A stretch of DNA of 63,148 nucleotides, filler included, from Octopus bimaculoides (lineage: Eukaryota), in assembly GCF_001194135.2 (NCBI RefSeq). It is 4 parts of 4 records of this genome, joined end to end, with 100 filler letters (N's around TTAATTAATTAA, not from the genome) between each part and the next. Parts side by side here need not be neighbours in the genome. Positions count along the whole stretch, not along the records: positions 1 to 21,669 come from NC_068982.1; 3 more parts are not named here. The stretch is one strand, 5' to 3'. The notes under the pieces are model-generated. The model was not told the origin of the DNA. It did no database searches and worked only from the letters and a program-made list of their open reading frames with translations. This document shows positions 1-14,341 of this stretch, piece after piece; position 1 is the first letter of the stretch, and each line of letters opens with the position of its first letter. The translations under genes and the position numbers were made by a program.

Positions 1-1404
1 GAAAAACAAAAATACTCTTACTATTTCTATTTAGCCACAAAATCCTGTGGTCTACCACATGTTCCCTGTTTACACTGAATGTTGTAAAGGAAATATATGG
101 TTCATTTATTTTGTTGTATAATTTCACTTTTAATTAAATAATTTAAAACAAAAATAAATGAAAATTTCCGTTATGTTCTAAACCCATCAAAAAACAAAAA
201 AAAAAAAAGAGGCGAAAAAAAAAAGAAGAAAAATAATTAAAATGACAAAAAAAAAAAGATAACTTCTTTTAAGTATCTCAGACCTTTCTCCCTTCCACTT
301 CATAACATAAAAGCTTTTAAATTTCTGTTATATCATTTCTGTTGAGTTAGTTTTTGTTTCATCCTGCAAAAAGCTGTTACCAATGCACTGAGGTTGATGC
401 TATTTAGTAATTTACTGGATGTCACCAGGTACTTTGTTATCACTGGTACTACTTATATTTCTCAATTTTACACCCCACTCTTGATAACTGTGTGGCTGTA
501 CAAACTTTACTAGGGAACCAGCAGGTATAAGAAATTTTAGTGTTGTAGAAAGACTAGTAAGTAAAAGCAGCCCACCTTTGTCCATTGAATCTGTTTACAG
601 ATGAAATCTATTACAACTGCCCAAATACCAAAACTCTAATTCCTTTTCCTGTTTCTAATTGCGAACGCCTTATATATTAGTAAAATTAATATGAGTGATA
701 AAAAGCGGGAGAGAGAGGAAGAGAGAATGTATATGTGTGTGAGAGAGAGAGAGTGTGTGTATGTGTATATGTGTGTGTATGTGTGTAAGAGAGAGGAGGT
801 CTATAAAGAGAGACAGAAAGACAGGGAGAATCCTCATAATATTTTCCACATAAACTTTTATTGCATGCTATCTGCAGGTTCTTGTTAAAATTTAAATCTT
901 TTATGTCATTGTTGTTCTTCAAATCTTCAAATTTATGGAAGTTTGTTAATATATCATTGTTAAATCAATAAAACATAATTCATTATCAGAAGCATTTTTT
1001 TCCTTAACCAGTTCAAAGACAAATAACAGACTCTAGTCGTGATGAAGCAGTATCTTCTGTGTTCAAATAGACATTTGGTTGATATCATTTTTAATTTGGA
1101 TACATTGTAGGAGTCACCTCAGGTCTGAGAAAGAAACATAATTTTGAATTTTATCTGACCTATTTGTTGGGTTATCATTCAAAGAGTCTCCTTGGGGGCA
1201 AAACCACCAATTCCTCATGGCCTTTAGGATAGGATAAATCCTTATCATTGCTCTATACACATCATTAGTTTAGAATGAAACCTGACCATTATCAATATTT
1301 GATATTAGGTTACTTTTTTCTCTCACATACTCATACACACTTTCTCTCTCTCTCACTCTGTCTTTGTCTACCTGTCCAATTCATGTTCTAGAGTATGTGA
1401 GTGT

Positions 1405-1590
<186 letters not shown>

Positions 1591-1970
1591 CTCTTTATAG
1601 TCACTAGTATAAACTGGTGTTATATCCCTTTATTTCAGGGCATAGAGTAGTAATTTGATAAATATAGATAGACAAAATGAGTACCAGACTGAAATAAATT
1701 CAGGGATTGCTATAATTGACTAAAACTCTTGCAGGAAGTGCTCCAGTAACCAGTGAAAGAATGAAAGATTCTCAGGTATATCTGTTGTGATTGTCATTGT
1801 TTTTATGTCAATTTTTCCATAATAGTGTAGTTTGGATGGGACGTTTTCTATGGTAATGTTTTACAGCCAGATGCCCTTCCCTTTTTCTTACCTCTTACCA
1901 GCATGATGTGCTTATTCTAAAAACAAGAGACATATGTGTGAGTGAATGAATTTGTGTGTACCTATGTGTG

Positions 1971-2011
<41 letters not shown>

Positions 2012-2541
2012 NNNNNNNNNNNNNNNNNNNNNNNNNNNNNNNNNNNNNNNNNNNNNNNNNNNNNNNNNNNNNNNNNNNNNNNNNNNNNNNNNNNNNNNNN
2101 NNNNNNNNNNNNNNNNNNNNNNNNNNNNNNNNNNNNNNNNNNNNNNNNNNNNNNNNNNNNNNNNNNNNNNNNNNNNNNNNNNNNNNNNNNNNNNNNNNNN
2201 NNNNNNNNNNNNNNNNNNNNNNNNNNNNNNNNNNNNNNNNNNNNNNNNNNNNNNNNNNNNNNNNNNNNNNNNNNNNNNNNNNNNNNNNNNNNNNNNNNNN
2301 NNNNNNNNNNNNNNNNNNNNNNNNNNNNNNNNNNNNNNNNNNNNNNNNNNNNNNNNNNNNNNNNNNNNNNNNNNNNNNNNNNNNNNNNNNNNNNNNNNNN
2401 NNNNNNNNNNNNNNNNNNNNNNNNNNNTATATATATGTATGTATATGTATATATATATAACTGTCTGGATGTTTTGCGTTCTTGTCCCATTCTGTATTAT
2501 GTATATATATATAATGTTTACATATATGTGTATATATACAT

Positions 2542-2590
<49 letters not shown>

Positions 2591-5479
2591 TGTATATATT
2601 ATATTATATTACATATATCTGATTGTGATTCTTACAGAACTAGTTCTGTAGCATTCTTGGCGAATTCACGAATGACTTCACTGTGAATCTTCTAGGAATA
2701 CAACTCAGAACTAATCCTATAAGTGTCACTTATCATTAATTTTCTCTCCACTTAATATATTGTATACCTTACTATAATTGTGGTTCCTTCCATTTCTATC
2801 AGAATCGCTGACTACAATTTTATGAGAAGTTTGCTTCTCAACTACATGGTTTCTTGTTTGGTTCACTGCACAGCACCTGAGATAAGTGTTCCTATAACTC
2901 TGGGCCAACTAATACCTTGCAAGTGAATTTGATAACCTGCTAGAAGTTTGTTGTGTGTGTTTGTGCTTGAACATGTATGAATACTGATATTCCATGATTG
3001 CCACTGCATGGGTGAGATGGTGAGGTTGACATTCCTACCAGTTATTTTCTGGTTTGGAGACCTCTGGAATAAAAGAAATCCCTCTTTTGAAAAACAGGTA
3101 AAGGTTGTTGACAAGAAGAGCATCTGGCCTTAAAATCCTGCCTCAACACCCTGTCAAACCCATGCTAGCATGGAAAAACAGATGTTAAACAAATGACCAA
3201 ATACATATATTAGCTAATATATATGTAAAATACACTACACATACACCAAATAAATGTCCCTTAACAAAGGCAGCTTTTAATAGTATATTACTGTTTAAAT
3301 GCTGGGATAGTAATACAAGTATGCAAGTACACATTGTCAAATCACATCATCTTGTAAGTGCTCATACATTTTGGCATGTATGTGTTTATGTTTGATTGGC
3401 TCTATAATTTATTTCCTGATACGAGTTTTATTCATATCATATATTTTCTTAACTGGTAATAGCTGACATAATGAAAGGCATATCTTGACATAAATTCCTA
3501 TGTGGTGGTATCTTTGACATTTTGATTATTGTGATACATTTGACTTTACTGTTATTGTTACTCCAAACAATTATTGTGGTATTGAAGGTTCAGCTACTAT
3601 TGTGACATGTTACAATTATTATATCAATATATTTAACTTCAGATTCTTAAATGCAGTTCTATAGAATAATAATAACAATAATCTTTGCTACTTTCAATGT
3701 ATTTTCAGGGAATATATTTACATCTAATGCCTGAATTCTAAAAAGGAAATATGCTATATATCATTGTTTTAGAAGTGATCTATACTCAACTTATGATACT
3801 GAAATATTTTTACCTTCTATCTTTCCTGTTTGAAACCTAATGATACATTTCACTTCATTATTTGATGTATCCTAGAATTTTTACTTAATTTTATTATGAC
3901 AGTATATTAGACTTGACTCCATTTTAGATATAATACCTTTTACCAGCATGTGACTTCTGTATTAACAGAATAGTCCATTTGGATTTTTATATATTAATGT
4001 TAATTCTGCTTAACAAGGAAAGAAATGATTTATGCATATATTGTAAGACTAATTTAAAATGTAATCATAATGACAAGTACATATTTAATATTTGTAAGTT
4101 ACAGTTAGTAATTTAATGACAAATTTCTGAAAATTCATATTTCCTTATGTGGCAACATATTAACCAAACAATATCATTTAATATTGGAATTTTTAATGAC
4201 AACAAGCTTCTATAATCAATATTTTAAAAAAATGACTCATTGACCTATTTGAAATAGTCAGCGATAAACAGTTCAGTTGACATTGAAATAGGTTTATTTA
4301 CTTATTTGAGTTCAAGCAATTTTGAACATTATTTATAGTATATTAATTGCCCTGAAGGATAAGGCATCTTAATTGTCATTCATGTTTAGTTATCTATGAA
4401 TATTTATATTATGTCAAATAATTTGCAAGGAAAACATTCAATTTACTACCTATAAAGTCAACATTTTGTAGTTTTACTGATTTACTTGCTAAATTCTTCA
4501 CTAAGCATTAACTTTGTTGCAATGATACCAATACACAGGGCAGGAAGTACTGTATATTCCATTATTTACTCCACACATTAAGATGTTTTTCAAACAGTAA
4601 ACAAACTTTTCTCTAATACATTACAATAAAACACAAAAATTCCAATTTGCATGATTTCTCATCATGTTTCTCCATCTCTCTCTCTCTCTCTTCTTAGAAC
4701 ACTATAACAGTAATTCTTACTTTAATGCAAATTTAAGTAAATACCTGGTATTCTATTAATTAATATTTAACAGCTTAAATTTAAACTCCATTGTTGAGAA
4801 GCTCTGAATCACTGTTTAACTGCTGAGTTCAAGCAATTTTGAACATTTGCCAAATTTTACTACAATTAATTCATTTGAAAACATAATAAAATGATCAAGA
4901 AACATAATTGCTAGATATGTCCAAAGAAGTTTAAGTTGTGGTAGTTGTGGTATAACTGGAACTTATTTGTTCATTTTCCACAATAACCTGATGATTATAG
5001 GCTGATTATAACAAAACTATAAATATATAAAATTAAATGCTGCATTTTTCCTTTTTTTTCCCCCCCTTCACTAATATAATTTCCCTATGTAAAGGTTGGT
5101 GTATTTTAGGATATAGAGATTTTGAAACTGGGTAGATGTGCATCGGTGTAATTGTGTATGAATTTGTATTTTGGATGGTGGGCAGTTTGTATTCTGCTGG
5201 TATATGTATATATGTTTAATGTTGGTTCCTTTTATTCTTTTCTTTTTTCTACACCTAAATTCTTGAAAATGGACATTACTAAAAACAATGAAATACCCTT
5301 TCAAAGTGATGAAAAATAAGTCTACAAAAAAAAAAAAAAAAGAAAAAAACTGCACCAACATTTTTACTATATAATATTAATGTTATTTGGGGATTGCTAT
5401 AAAAAAAATATTGCCTCAAGAATATTTTGATGTTTTTTTCTACTTGCAAAAGGTTTTAAAAATTGAAACCACATAAAAC

Positions 5480-5690
5480 CCAACAAATTCTGAATAAAGT
5501 GCCTGTAATGTAATTCCTTATCAGTCATTATTTGGACTTCAGGCAAGTCATCGTCTTCTACCACATCATACCCCCTCTGCCTCCTTTGTACGGTAGATAT
5601 AGCTGAATTGGTTCCTGGAGAAATAATCTGCATTGTTCTAAGGTGCCTAGCCCGTCTCTCTCTTATCTTCAGCTTCTTATATTCACATCA
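5480..5690 (-). mobile_element. Decayed RTE-type LINE C-terminal fragment
   Basis: KIRERRARHL...RRQRGYDVVEDD.LPEVQIMTDKEL resembles the RTE tail RERRLRW.GH...RGRP..W...V..D...M.DR..W. Confidence 0.45.
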
Positions 5691-8298
5691 ACTTCCTGTC
5701 TCTAAAAGCTATACAGTTTCTGAGTTGATCGGTATTGCTAATAGGAGAATGTATTCGTTACATTTTAACCTGACAAATTAGGCTTAAAGATCACATTGTG
5801 GATTGTTTCAATCCCAGTATCCAGAAATGGATGATGTTGATGCTGCAAATAAGCTGACACTGAATATGGGCCATTGTGTCTACTGCTGTCAATATTGACA
5901 GAAGACATCACTGAGTCTCTCGACTAAGACGAATATGTCGATTGGGCCGGTTTTCTATTTTAGAGCTTTCTTCATCTCCTACCGCCACCTCTTTCCGTTT
6001 GTCTTTCTTGTTTATCTCCCTTTCTCTCACGTTTATTTCTCTTTATTCTTTCTTGTTTAACTCCCCTTTTCCCTTACAACCTGTCACAAATGGCTTGTAA
6101 ATAAAAGTTTAATTTCAAATTGATATTTTGTTTTTTTCCTTTTACTGCCAAATCACTTTTTCTCCATTCATTTTCTCTCCTATTTACTACATTACAGTAA
6201 AAGTGGAGATGAAACTGACTCTCTAATAGCATCTTAGTCATTAGTATAAAGCTAAAATCTAAATATTTTGATAGGACATAAAATAACTATCACTTAATCT
6301 TGCATCAAGTTGCCATAATTTATAGGAAAAACCTATCAAAGACTGGATAACTTCTAAAACAAGTTCTGAAAGCATTGAAGTAAATACAATCAACAAGGAC
6401 TGCCATGTGAAGTATAAAAGAAATTTTTTTAACAAACGTCAATTGGGACAATATACAGTTGTATAGAGAAAGTCATTTAAAATGATTTACAAAGGCAGAG
6501 GAGGAGACTGTGGTGGCATAAGACAAGTGAGGAGGATGGATGATGATACTTGGATTTTGTAGGTCTTTTGCATTCATACCAATGTAATGCATGAAATATG
6601 TTCTGACTGGCCTAAAGGAGCACAGATCAAGAGATGAAAATAATAAATAGAAGCAACAACTGATGGCTTTAACATGAGAAATGCCTATGGTGTATTTGAT
6701 TTAAAAAGTAGTACTATCTGAGCAGACAAACTTTAAGCATCAATTACTAGTTTGGAAAAAAAATAATAATATTGCAGCTAATCTAAGTGATGTTAAGTTT
6801 TATGCATACAAACATTTAAATACATGATATAAATGTTAGAGATTTATGCAGGTTACAAAAAAAAAAAAGCATTGTATTTAATTAAGAACTTAACCAATGT
6901 GCCAAATTGCTGGCCAACTTTTACAAGTTGCACTAAACATCTCTCATTTTTTATATCCTTAGTAATTTGTAACTATAGAGAGAATGCATAAGTATTGTAG
7001 GAAGGGGATTCAATTTGACTGGTACTTTTCTTTTTAATTGACCCAGGCAGATTTGAACTCAGAATTTAAAGGGACTTAACCAAATACTACAATTGTGGTG
7101 ATATATTGATTTTGACGTCCACTGCCCTTATTTTGATATTAATAATGAAATTTCTATTATACCATTTATTTATTCCATTGATAACACAAAATAAAAGCCA
7201 GAAAAAAAATTCTTGAAAGATCTTGAGAGAAACTGAAAATACATTCATTATGTTATCAAGGGCTGTGAAGTCAGTAAAAATATACCAACTCTGACTGACA
7301 TACCACATTAATATTTTTTATTTCATAGATATTAATTTATCATCAAACCAGAATTAAGGGCTTTTATGAAAGATCTGGAAGAAGCAACTCTGTTTCTAAG
7401 AACAAAATGTTAGTAAATTCTGGATTTGATTTAACCTTATTCCTTCGATACAAGATCTAACATATATTTAGTCAGGATAAACTTTACACTCATTTCAATT
7501 TTATATTAAAAAAAGTATATGAATTTATTTTTTAAAATGGTCATTTGTTAAGTTGTTTTACATATTCAGTCTTTTAGTTTTAACTTTGATGTAATTTGTT
7601 ACTATTACATCCTTTATAACTTTGATAAAAACAATTTAAAAAAAAATTTTGCAAGTTTTATCTAATGCATAATTGTAACTTAATGGCATTGCTACAGCCT
7701 GTGCATTCAACCAATATATTAGTCCAATTGCAAATAAGAATCAGAGTTGGATATTTTGTGTAATGAATCCACAACCCTGATGTCATCAGAATTCACACAC
7801 ATGTTCAAGACAATACACTTTACCATTTATACTTTTTGGATATTAAAACTATTCATTGAATTTAGTGTAACCTGCTTCAGTAATGGAACATCTTACATAT
7901 TAGGAACTTCTGCTCCTATGAATACCCCATAAGTGAACAACTATACTGAATATGTATTTGTAGAATTACATTCAACTGACTGTAAATGAATTATATAATA
8001 TTCATATTATGTCACAGTTTCACCAATTTCATAATTGCTTTAGGACACAATACAAAATTATGCTCTTACAATATATTAAAGATGTTTGTTATGTGTTAAT
8101 ATAAAGCATTAAATCTAATTAGTAATGATTATTTGATAAGAGTTTGGCGATACAGCTTTTTAGTAGCCATTCCTCTTTTGTTTAAGCTACTATATAATGT
8201 TAAGCTGTAAGAATGTAATGCATTTCAAACAAGACAAAAATTCAACTTATAGTGATTACTATCAAAAGAAAAGACAAATATTTCACTCATAAATTTGA

Positions 8299-8304
8299 TT
8301 TATT
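8299..8304 (-). terminator. Candidate polyadenylation signal AATAAA for CACYBP
   Basis: First AATAAA on the minus strand after the stop (about 195 nt downstream); the hexamer is common in AT-rich DNA, so this is weak. Confidence 0.3.
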
Positions 8305-8498
8305 TTGCAAATAATTTTTCCAAAATTCTTCCTTAGTAATGATTCATCTTTAATAATATTTGTACAAATGTTCTGTAATGATCAGAAAGACTCGATAGCT
8401 TAAGAGCTGTCTGGCATTCAGGAAGAATATATGACATTAAAAAATAATGGAAAAAAAAAAATTTCTGCACAAGGTAGCCGTCAATGTGATGTTTCTGG

Positions 8499-8643
8499 TT
8501 AAAGTTCTGATACTTTATTTCGGGACTTGTACCATGCTTTACTTATTGTTCGTTTCATTTCATCATCACCATCATCATATATGTTCTTTAATATGTCCAT
8601 GATGCCTTCACTTGGATCTTTGTCATCATCAAGAGTTGGTTTC
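8499..8643 (-). CDS. CACYBP: CACYBP coding exon 6 (SGS domain, stop)
   Basis: Acceptor tatcatttcag|GAAACCA; [50 protein letters not shown] (stop 8501-8499). Confidence 0.96.
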
Positions 8644-10943
8644 CTGAAATGATAAATATTGTAATTTTTGTTAAGTGCAGTTATTTCATATATTCCAGAA
8701 ACACAGAGTAATCTCATCTTGTGAATCATAAAAAGGAGAAATATCTTTAGAATTTGGTTTCGTCAATATATTTCCAATGTCTGTATTTGATTTGGTAAAT
8801 TCACTTTATTGAAATATTTAAATGCAGAAGCAAGGAAATGAAATTTGTTTCATGAGTTGTTATTGAAAAACGTGATTGAGAGGCAGAAGTAGAGTACCAG
8901 GTTAAGCCTCGCATAATTGTTATGACCCTGTATGTTTTGAGTTAATATCCCACCTTGTACCAAAGCAAGAAATAATTATTAGTAAGGACAACGGTGTTGG
9001 ACTGAATATCATGGAGTAATCAGTCCTATCTGAGCTCTCCACTCCCCAAACACCAAGATCCTTTCATCCTTCTGGGATCACTAACATAATTACCAGTGAA
9101 ATACTTATGTTGTTGGGTGTTGAACCCGATGACAAACATGCCACTAATCTCAATTAGAGAACTGTGTGGCATTGTTCCATCATTAAGTATCACTGGGGCC
9201 ACTGCTTTTCACAGGAATAATGTGCTATTAGAGTTTACCTGTAAGTGCAAGCAGTCTTGAGAAGATTCAAGCTAACCACAGTCAATTATTTCAAAGAATC
9301 CTCAGGGATATCAGTAACAATTGACTAATTTAAACCCAGTACTTGATGGTACTCTATGAATCTTAGAAGAATGAAAACAAGGTTGACATTGGCATTGAGG
9401 CCGATAAAAATTAACATCATCTCTCTACAATTTAGAGCATAATCTTATTGTAAATATTAAATTTTAGTTAACTCCAAGTCTAAAAATGAGGGTATATTAT
9501 TGATCATGTTTGGTTTACCTTAAAGTACTTTTATTTAGATCAAGAATAAAAAATATCTTGGTGAAGCAGCAGGAAATTTTCTACATGAAAAGATGTGAGT
9601 GGGGTGTACTAAATCATAATCTTGAGTTTTAAAGAGTAAAAAATAAGCATCAAATAATTCTTGCTTAAATATCAAAGGAAATCACTCTTAGCAAAGGGAG
9701 AACAATGAAGATGAGTAATGCTCTTGAAAATTTCATGTTTAGAAAAGAAGAAAAATCGTCTTTATGGTGAGACAACATCACAAGGTCTCTAAATTTTATG
9801 CATTTGTTGTATATTTAATAAAGGATAACTTTTCTTTAAAAAAATTTAATGTTTTATTAAAGCTGTAAACATGTTAATCACTTCCGTGCTAATTGATATC
9901 ACAGCCCTAAATTGGCTTCTTTTGTTCATTCTTATTTCCTTGCATAAAAGAAATACTTATTTCAAATTCTAAAAATAGATGTCTCAAATACATATCCACA
10001 TGCATATATATATAATATATATATACATATAATATATATATATATTACCACACAAATATATAATAATTCAAGCATAATCAAACAACACATACACATTACT
10101 TTCTTGTTATAAAATGCAGCCAAAATTTTGCCTCAAGGAGATAGCTTGATTCCTGGCATCACAAGTACTAGCTGTATTACACTATTTCTCAATTGATTAT
10201 ATGTAATAACCAAACAAAGTTCTTTTAAGAGCTCACATCAGACTTTAAAACAGTTCTTTTAAGAACTTCACCTGTCAAACCTTCCTTATGTGCAATATCA
10301 ACTAAGAACTTTACATTCCAGGATTAATCAGCACAATTTTAATGTTACCAATCACATTTCTTATAAGAATTGTACAACTTCTAACTTTATAAAGCACAAG
10401 TCAAACTTTATAAACACTGTTCTTGTGAATAAATATTATATCTTTTGTAATCCTGACTTGTCATTATCTGAACTATCAAACTGGGAAAACAATCTTTTCT
10501 TAAACACATTCAAACACACAAGTCATTAGCCTGGAATTACAAATTTACTATCAATATCTCTAAGAAAACAAACCATTAGACAAGTTGGAATTTTAAAAAA
10601 GATGATATTCTCTAATACTAAGATAGCACAAATGAAATTTTTAAAAAAATGATTAAGTCAGTATCAAAAAATATGCAAAACTAACGACTAACAGGAAATT
10701 AACTTTGCTTTCAAGATTATAATTGTCAAATTAAATTACACTTGCTTTTCCAATACACTTTTCCATACTAATAGTTCAATATTTATCATCATAGTACAGA
10801 ATGTTACATAATTCCTCATAACAACAATATGATTAAGAGATGTGCATTTTTACCTGTGTTAAAAAATAAATCAGGATCTTTTCAGAATCAATTAAACACT
10901 TGCAGGTATATCACAGTACAAACATTGCTAAAGCTTAACTTAC

Positions 10944-11044
10944 TTTATTTTTTCTTTCTTTTTATCTATTGAAACTTCTGAAACATGATCCCAGTTGGTC
11001 TGATTCTTCTTCATTAACATCAACACTAGGGAATCAGTCTTAAT
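10944..11044 (-). CDS. CACYBP: CACYBP coding exon 5 (end of CS domain)
   Basis: Acceptor tttttctttccag|ATTAAG, donor AAATAAA|gtaagt; IKTDSLVLMLMKKNQTNWDHVSEVSIDKKKEKI(K). Confidence 0.94.
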
Positions 11045-11690
11045 CTGGAAAGAAAAAAACAAATAGACCATAATTGAAATAAATTAATATAACCTAGTAA
11101 AATTTATGAAAAAAAAAAAAAAAAAAGAAGATAACTAAGCAATCTACAGTTAGAAATGATAAATAGATTAAACTCAATTGTTCTAATACAATGTGAGGTC
11201 AAAGTAAATGAAAATTGATTTGCTAAGCACTGGATGATATAGCAACCTAAATTTTCTCCATACTAAAAAAATCTCAACTAACCATCTGCTTTTGTAGCTT
11301 GATATGATATTCATTTTATTCCTTTATTGCTACTGAGAAGAAAAAAAGATTTTTTTCATTCAAGACAACAAATATCACAACCTAAAAATGTAGTTATGCT
11401 CTTAAAAATAATTTATAAATTAAGAGAGATATACATTGCAAATATGTGCTTCTTGAACCATGTTGAATTCATAGTTATTCAATATGCAAGAAAATAAAGT
11501 TTAAACACTGAGCTTTTACATTTAAGAGTCTTGAAAGTGTGATACAAGTTCTACTTAGCAGAATATTTAAAAGTAAAAAAGTACTGGGGTCAATTTGCTA
11601 GGCTAAAACCCTTCAAGGTGGTGCCCCAGCATAGCCACAATTCAATGAGTGACATGAGTAAAAGACATACATACATATATATATATATAT

Positions 11691-11848
11691 TCCGGCATGG
11701 TTGTGTAGATAAGAAGTTTGCTTTGCAACCATATGCTTTCAGATTCAATCCCACTGTATCATACTTTGGACAAGTGAATCATCATAACCCTCAGATTTAC
11801 TAATGCTTAGTGAGTAGAATTTGGTATACTGAAACTGTGTAGAAGCCC
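11691..11848 (+). mobile_element. tRNA-derived SINE family A, CpG-decayed copy (intron 4)
   Basis: A/B-box-like head then ...gtgagtagaatttggtatactgaaactg...gaagccc; matches the many other copies in the window. Confidence 0.7.
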
Positions 11849-12169
11849 CCCCCCCTCTCTCTCTCCCTTGAGAGAGAGACACACACACACACATACTTGG
11901 GGCCAATTACATTCAGTACTCTTGACCATCAGTCTGTTCTCCTGTAGTGCATGATATCACTCCATTTCACTGTTTGCCATCATACTCTGTCTCCTTTTCT
12001 CTCAAGCATCTGGGTTCTTTGTCAACACCCTCTCTCCTGGGTCATATATACCTATGTACTTATCTCAATATACTGAGTACTCCTACCATGTTCATACCTC
12101 ACATTCTGCAAAGAGATTGGTGAGTGAACAAATATGTGGGGCCCTGAGATTCCTTTAATGCCATTGTGG

Positions 12170-12490
12170 ACATGACAATTTTTGTGCTGTAAAGATCCTC
12201 TTCGGTCGTGAATGACCACAGGAATTGCATCTAGAATGTTACCCTCCAAGACAAATCTGGGCAAGATTGTTTATGGAAGAGCAGCAGCCACCCATGCACA
12301 CCAGTCTCCCCTTTCCACACCACCAATGTTATCCAAAGGAAAGGCAAAGGCCTAAACAGCTTGGCACCAGTGGTGTTGCAACTCATTTCTATAACTGAGT
12401 GAACTGAAGCAACATGAAAAAGTGTTCTGCTCAAGAACACAACACAGAGACTTGTCTGGGAATTGAACAGATGATTGTAACCCCAACCCC
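12170..12490 (-). mobile_element. SINE family D (tRNA head, tgtgttcttgagca core)
   Basis: Revcomp ...gtgttcttgagcagaacactttt...cagttcactcagttatagaaatgagttgcaacaccactggtgccaagctg...ccataaacaatcttgccc. Confidence 0.5.
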
Positions 12491-12529
12491 TAACTGCTGA
12501 ACCAGGTGCCTTCACATGCACCTTTTGTG

Positions 12530-12578
<49 letters not shown>

Positions 12579-13155
12579 AAAAAGGAAAAGGAATCGAGCC
12601 AGAGTACATTGTGTCAAGCATAAGGTTGTAAATGAGGGCAACTAAGTACAGAAACCAAGTCAAGCCAAAATCAAACAGGTGAGAGCGATATTGGTCCTCC
12701 AACCTGCCTAGGTGAGCAATACCTGAAGGTGAAGACCCTAAACTGTGGCACCCCATCCAAGCCTTGCCAGCAAGGAAAGCAAAGGTAAAACATTTACACA
12801 CAATTGGTGTTGAAACAGTGGAGTTGTAGTACTGAATAGAAAGCCTTGAAGTATCTGTTTTGGCTTTGTGTGATCCGAGTTCAAATCCTGCTTCCTACAT
12901 CAGCAAAACAGTTCCTTTAGGACTTGACAAAAACAGCTACAAGTTTAAGCAAGTGCTCAAGTATTTCACTCATTTTGTTTAATGCCAGCACACCGGCTTG
13001 TAGGAGAAAATGCAACCAATAATGCCAGTGTTCACTAAGTGTGAAATAAATAAAACATGACCAAAGAAAAACAACAATGAAATAAATGAAAAATGAAAAC
13101 CAAATGGAAGCCATGTGTTATGGTTAGTGAAGTAAAGTACCAGCATTTAACTAAC

Positions 13156-13255
13156 CTTGAAGGAACTGTCTGATGGTATGATGGAGCCTGCCAACTTCTT
13201 CACTTTGAAATGGTAATTTTTGTTATCAAGATTTGAAACAGTTAAATCCAAAGAT
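13156..13255 (-). CDS. CACYBP: CACYBP coding exon 4 (CS domain, second part)
   Basis: Acceptor ttctattgacag|ATCTTTG, donor TTCAAG|gttagt; SLDLTVSNLDNKNYHFKVKKLAGSIIPSDSSFK. Confidence 0.93.
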
Positions 13256-14341
13256 CTGTCAATAGAATTACAAATCTAATACATATTTTCTCAAGAAACA
13301 CTTCATTCATTTTTTTCATATATTTTTAAATATAATAGCAATGGTTAGATTCATGTTATCACTTTGGCAATGGAGTCTACAGATGCTTCTAGACTGAAGA
13401 ATATGGAACCTACTTTATAAAATAAAGGATTAGGCTTAAAAATTCTTTGCAAAATACTTGAATCTGAATAGGCATAAAAAAAATGATCATCTGTCTGTGC
13501 CTCCCCTCTCTATATAATTGAAATTATACTTAAGCAACAACCATCAAAATTTGAAGGTAAATTTCTCATTAATGCAAATTTGGCCAGCATATAGTAAAAT
13601 TGCATCACTATAAATTTCTTTTCACAATGAATATGTAAAAATGTGTGTGTGTGCATATATAAAATTATGTATTCTGAAGCAATCAAACAATTTGCACAGC
13701 ATATTAAATGACATATAATCCATATCTATATTTGGTAAGATATTGTTTACATCAAAATTTTATAGAATTTTGGGGAAGAAGTTATCAGTAAGTATCTATT
13801 TGTATGTCTTAAAACATTTGCTTTTGTGCACAAGGAAACTGACAGTATATCGTGCATTTGCAAAGTGAAACATCATAGGGTTTAGAGTTAGTGGTTCACC
13901 TTTTGTTTTGTTTATCAATCATCTATATTAAAATCAATAAATTACATTTTATTTGTGCTTACTTAACTTGGCCTACAGCTACCTATTAAAACTATTCATT
14001 CTAGTCATCAGCCGAGAGAACTTCTTTATAGAGTCTCAACCTGCAAGAAATAGCAGCCAAATTTTCCTCAAATTACATTAAAAAATGTAAACACCATCTC
14101 TTTCAAACTATCTATCTATAATTAATCCAATACTTTGCAATATCTACAGTTGATGAGTCTGACTTAAGTAATTTCCCCTATGCTTTTTTCCCATAATTCA
14201 CAGAATTTTTGAAACCAAACTGAATGGATTTCAAGTTTTCAACAGTTAGAAATATAAACATGTTTTAGATCACTTTTTTACCAGATATTAAGTAGATAAT
14301 TAAAATGATTTATCTTACTTTGCAATGTTTCAATTACTTGA

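Noticed and set aside
686-1124. Minus-strand acceptor (tttctttctcag, 1125) followed by protein-like N/D/K-rich fragments
   Set aside because: All frames stop within 11 codons, and downstream fragments need several frameshifts; no recognisable homology.
4985-5020. CUGAUGA followed by UUAUA/UAUAA and CAAAAC
   Set aside because: No G-C closing pair, no GAAA and no stem I complement; could be chance in AT-rich DNA.
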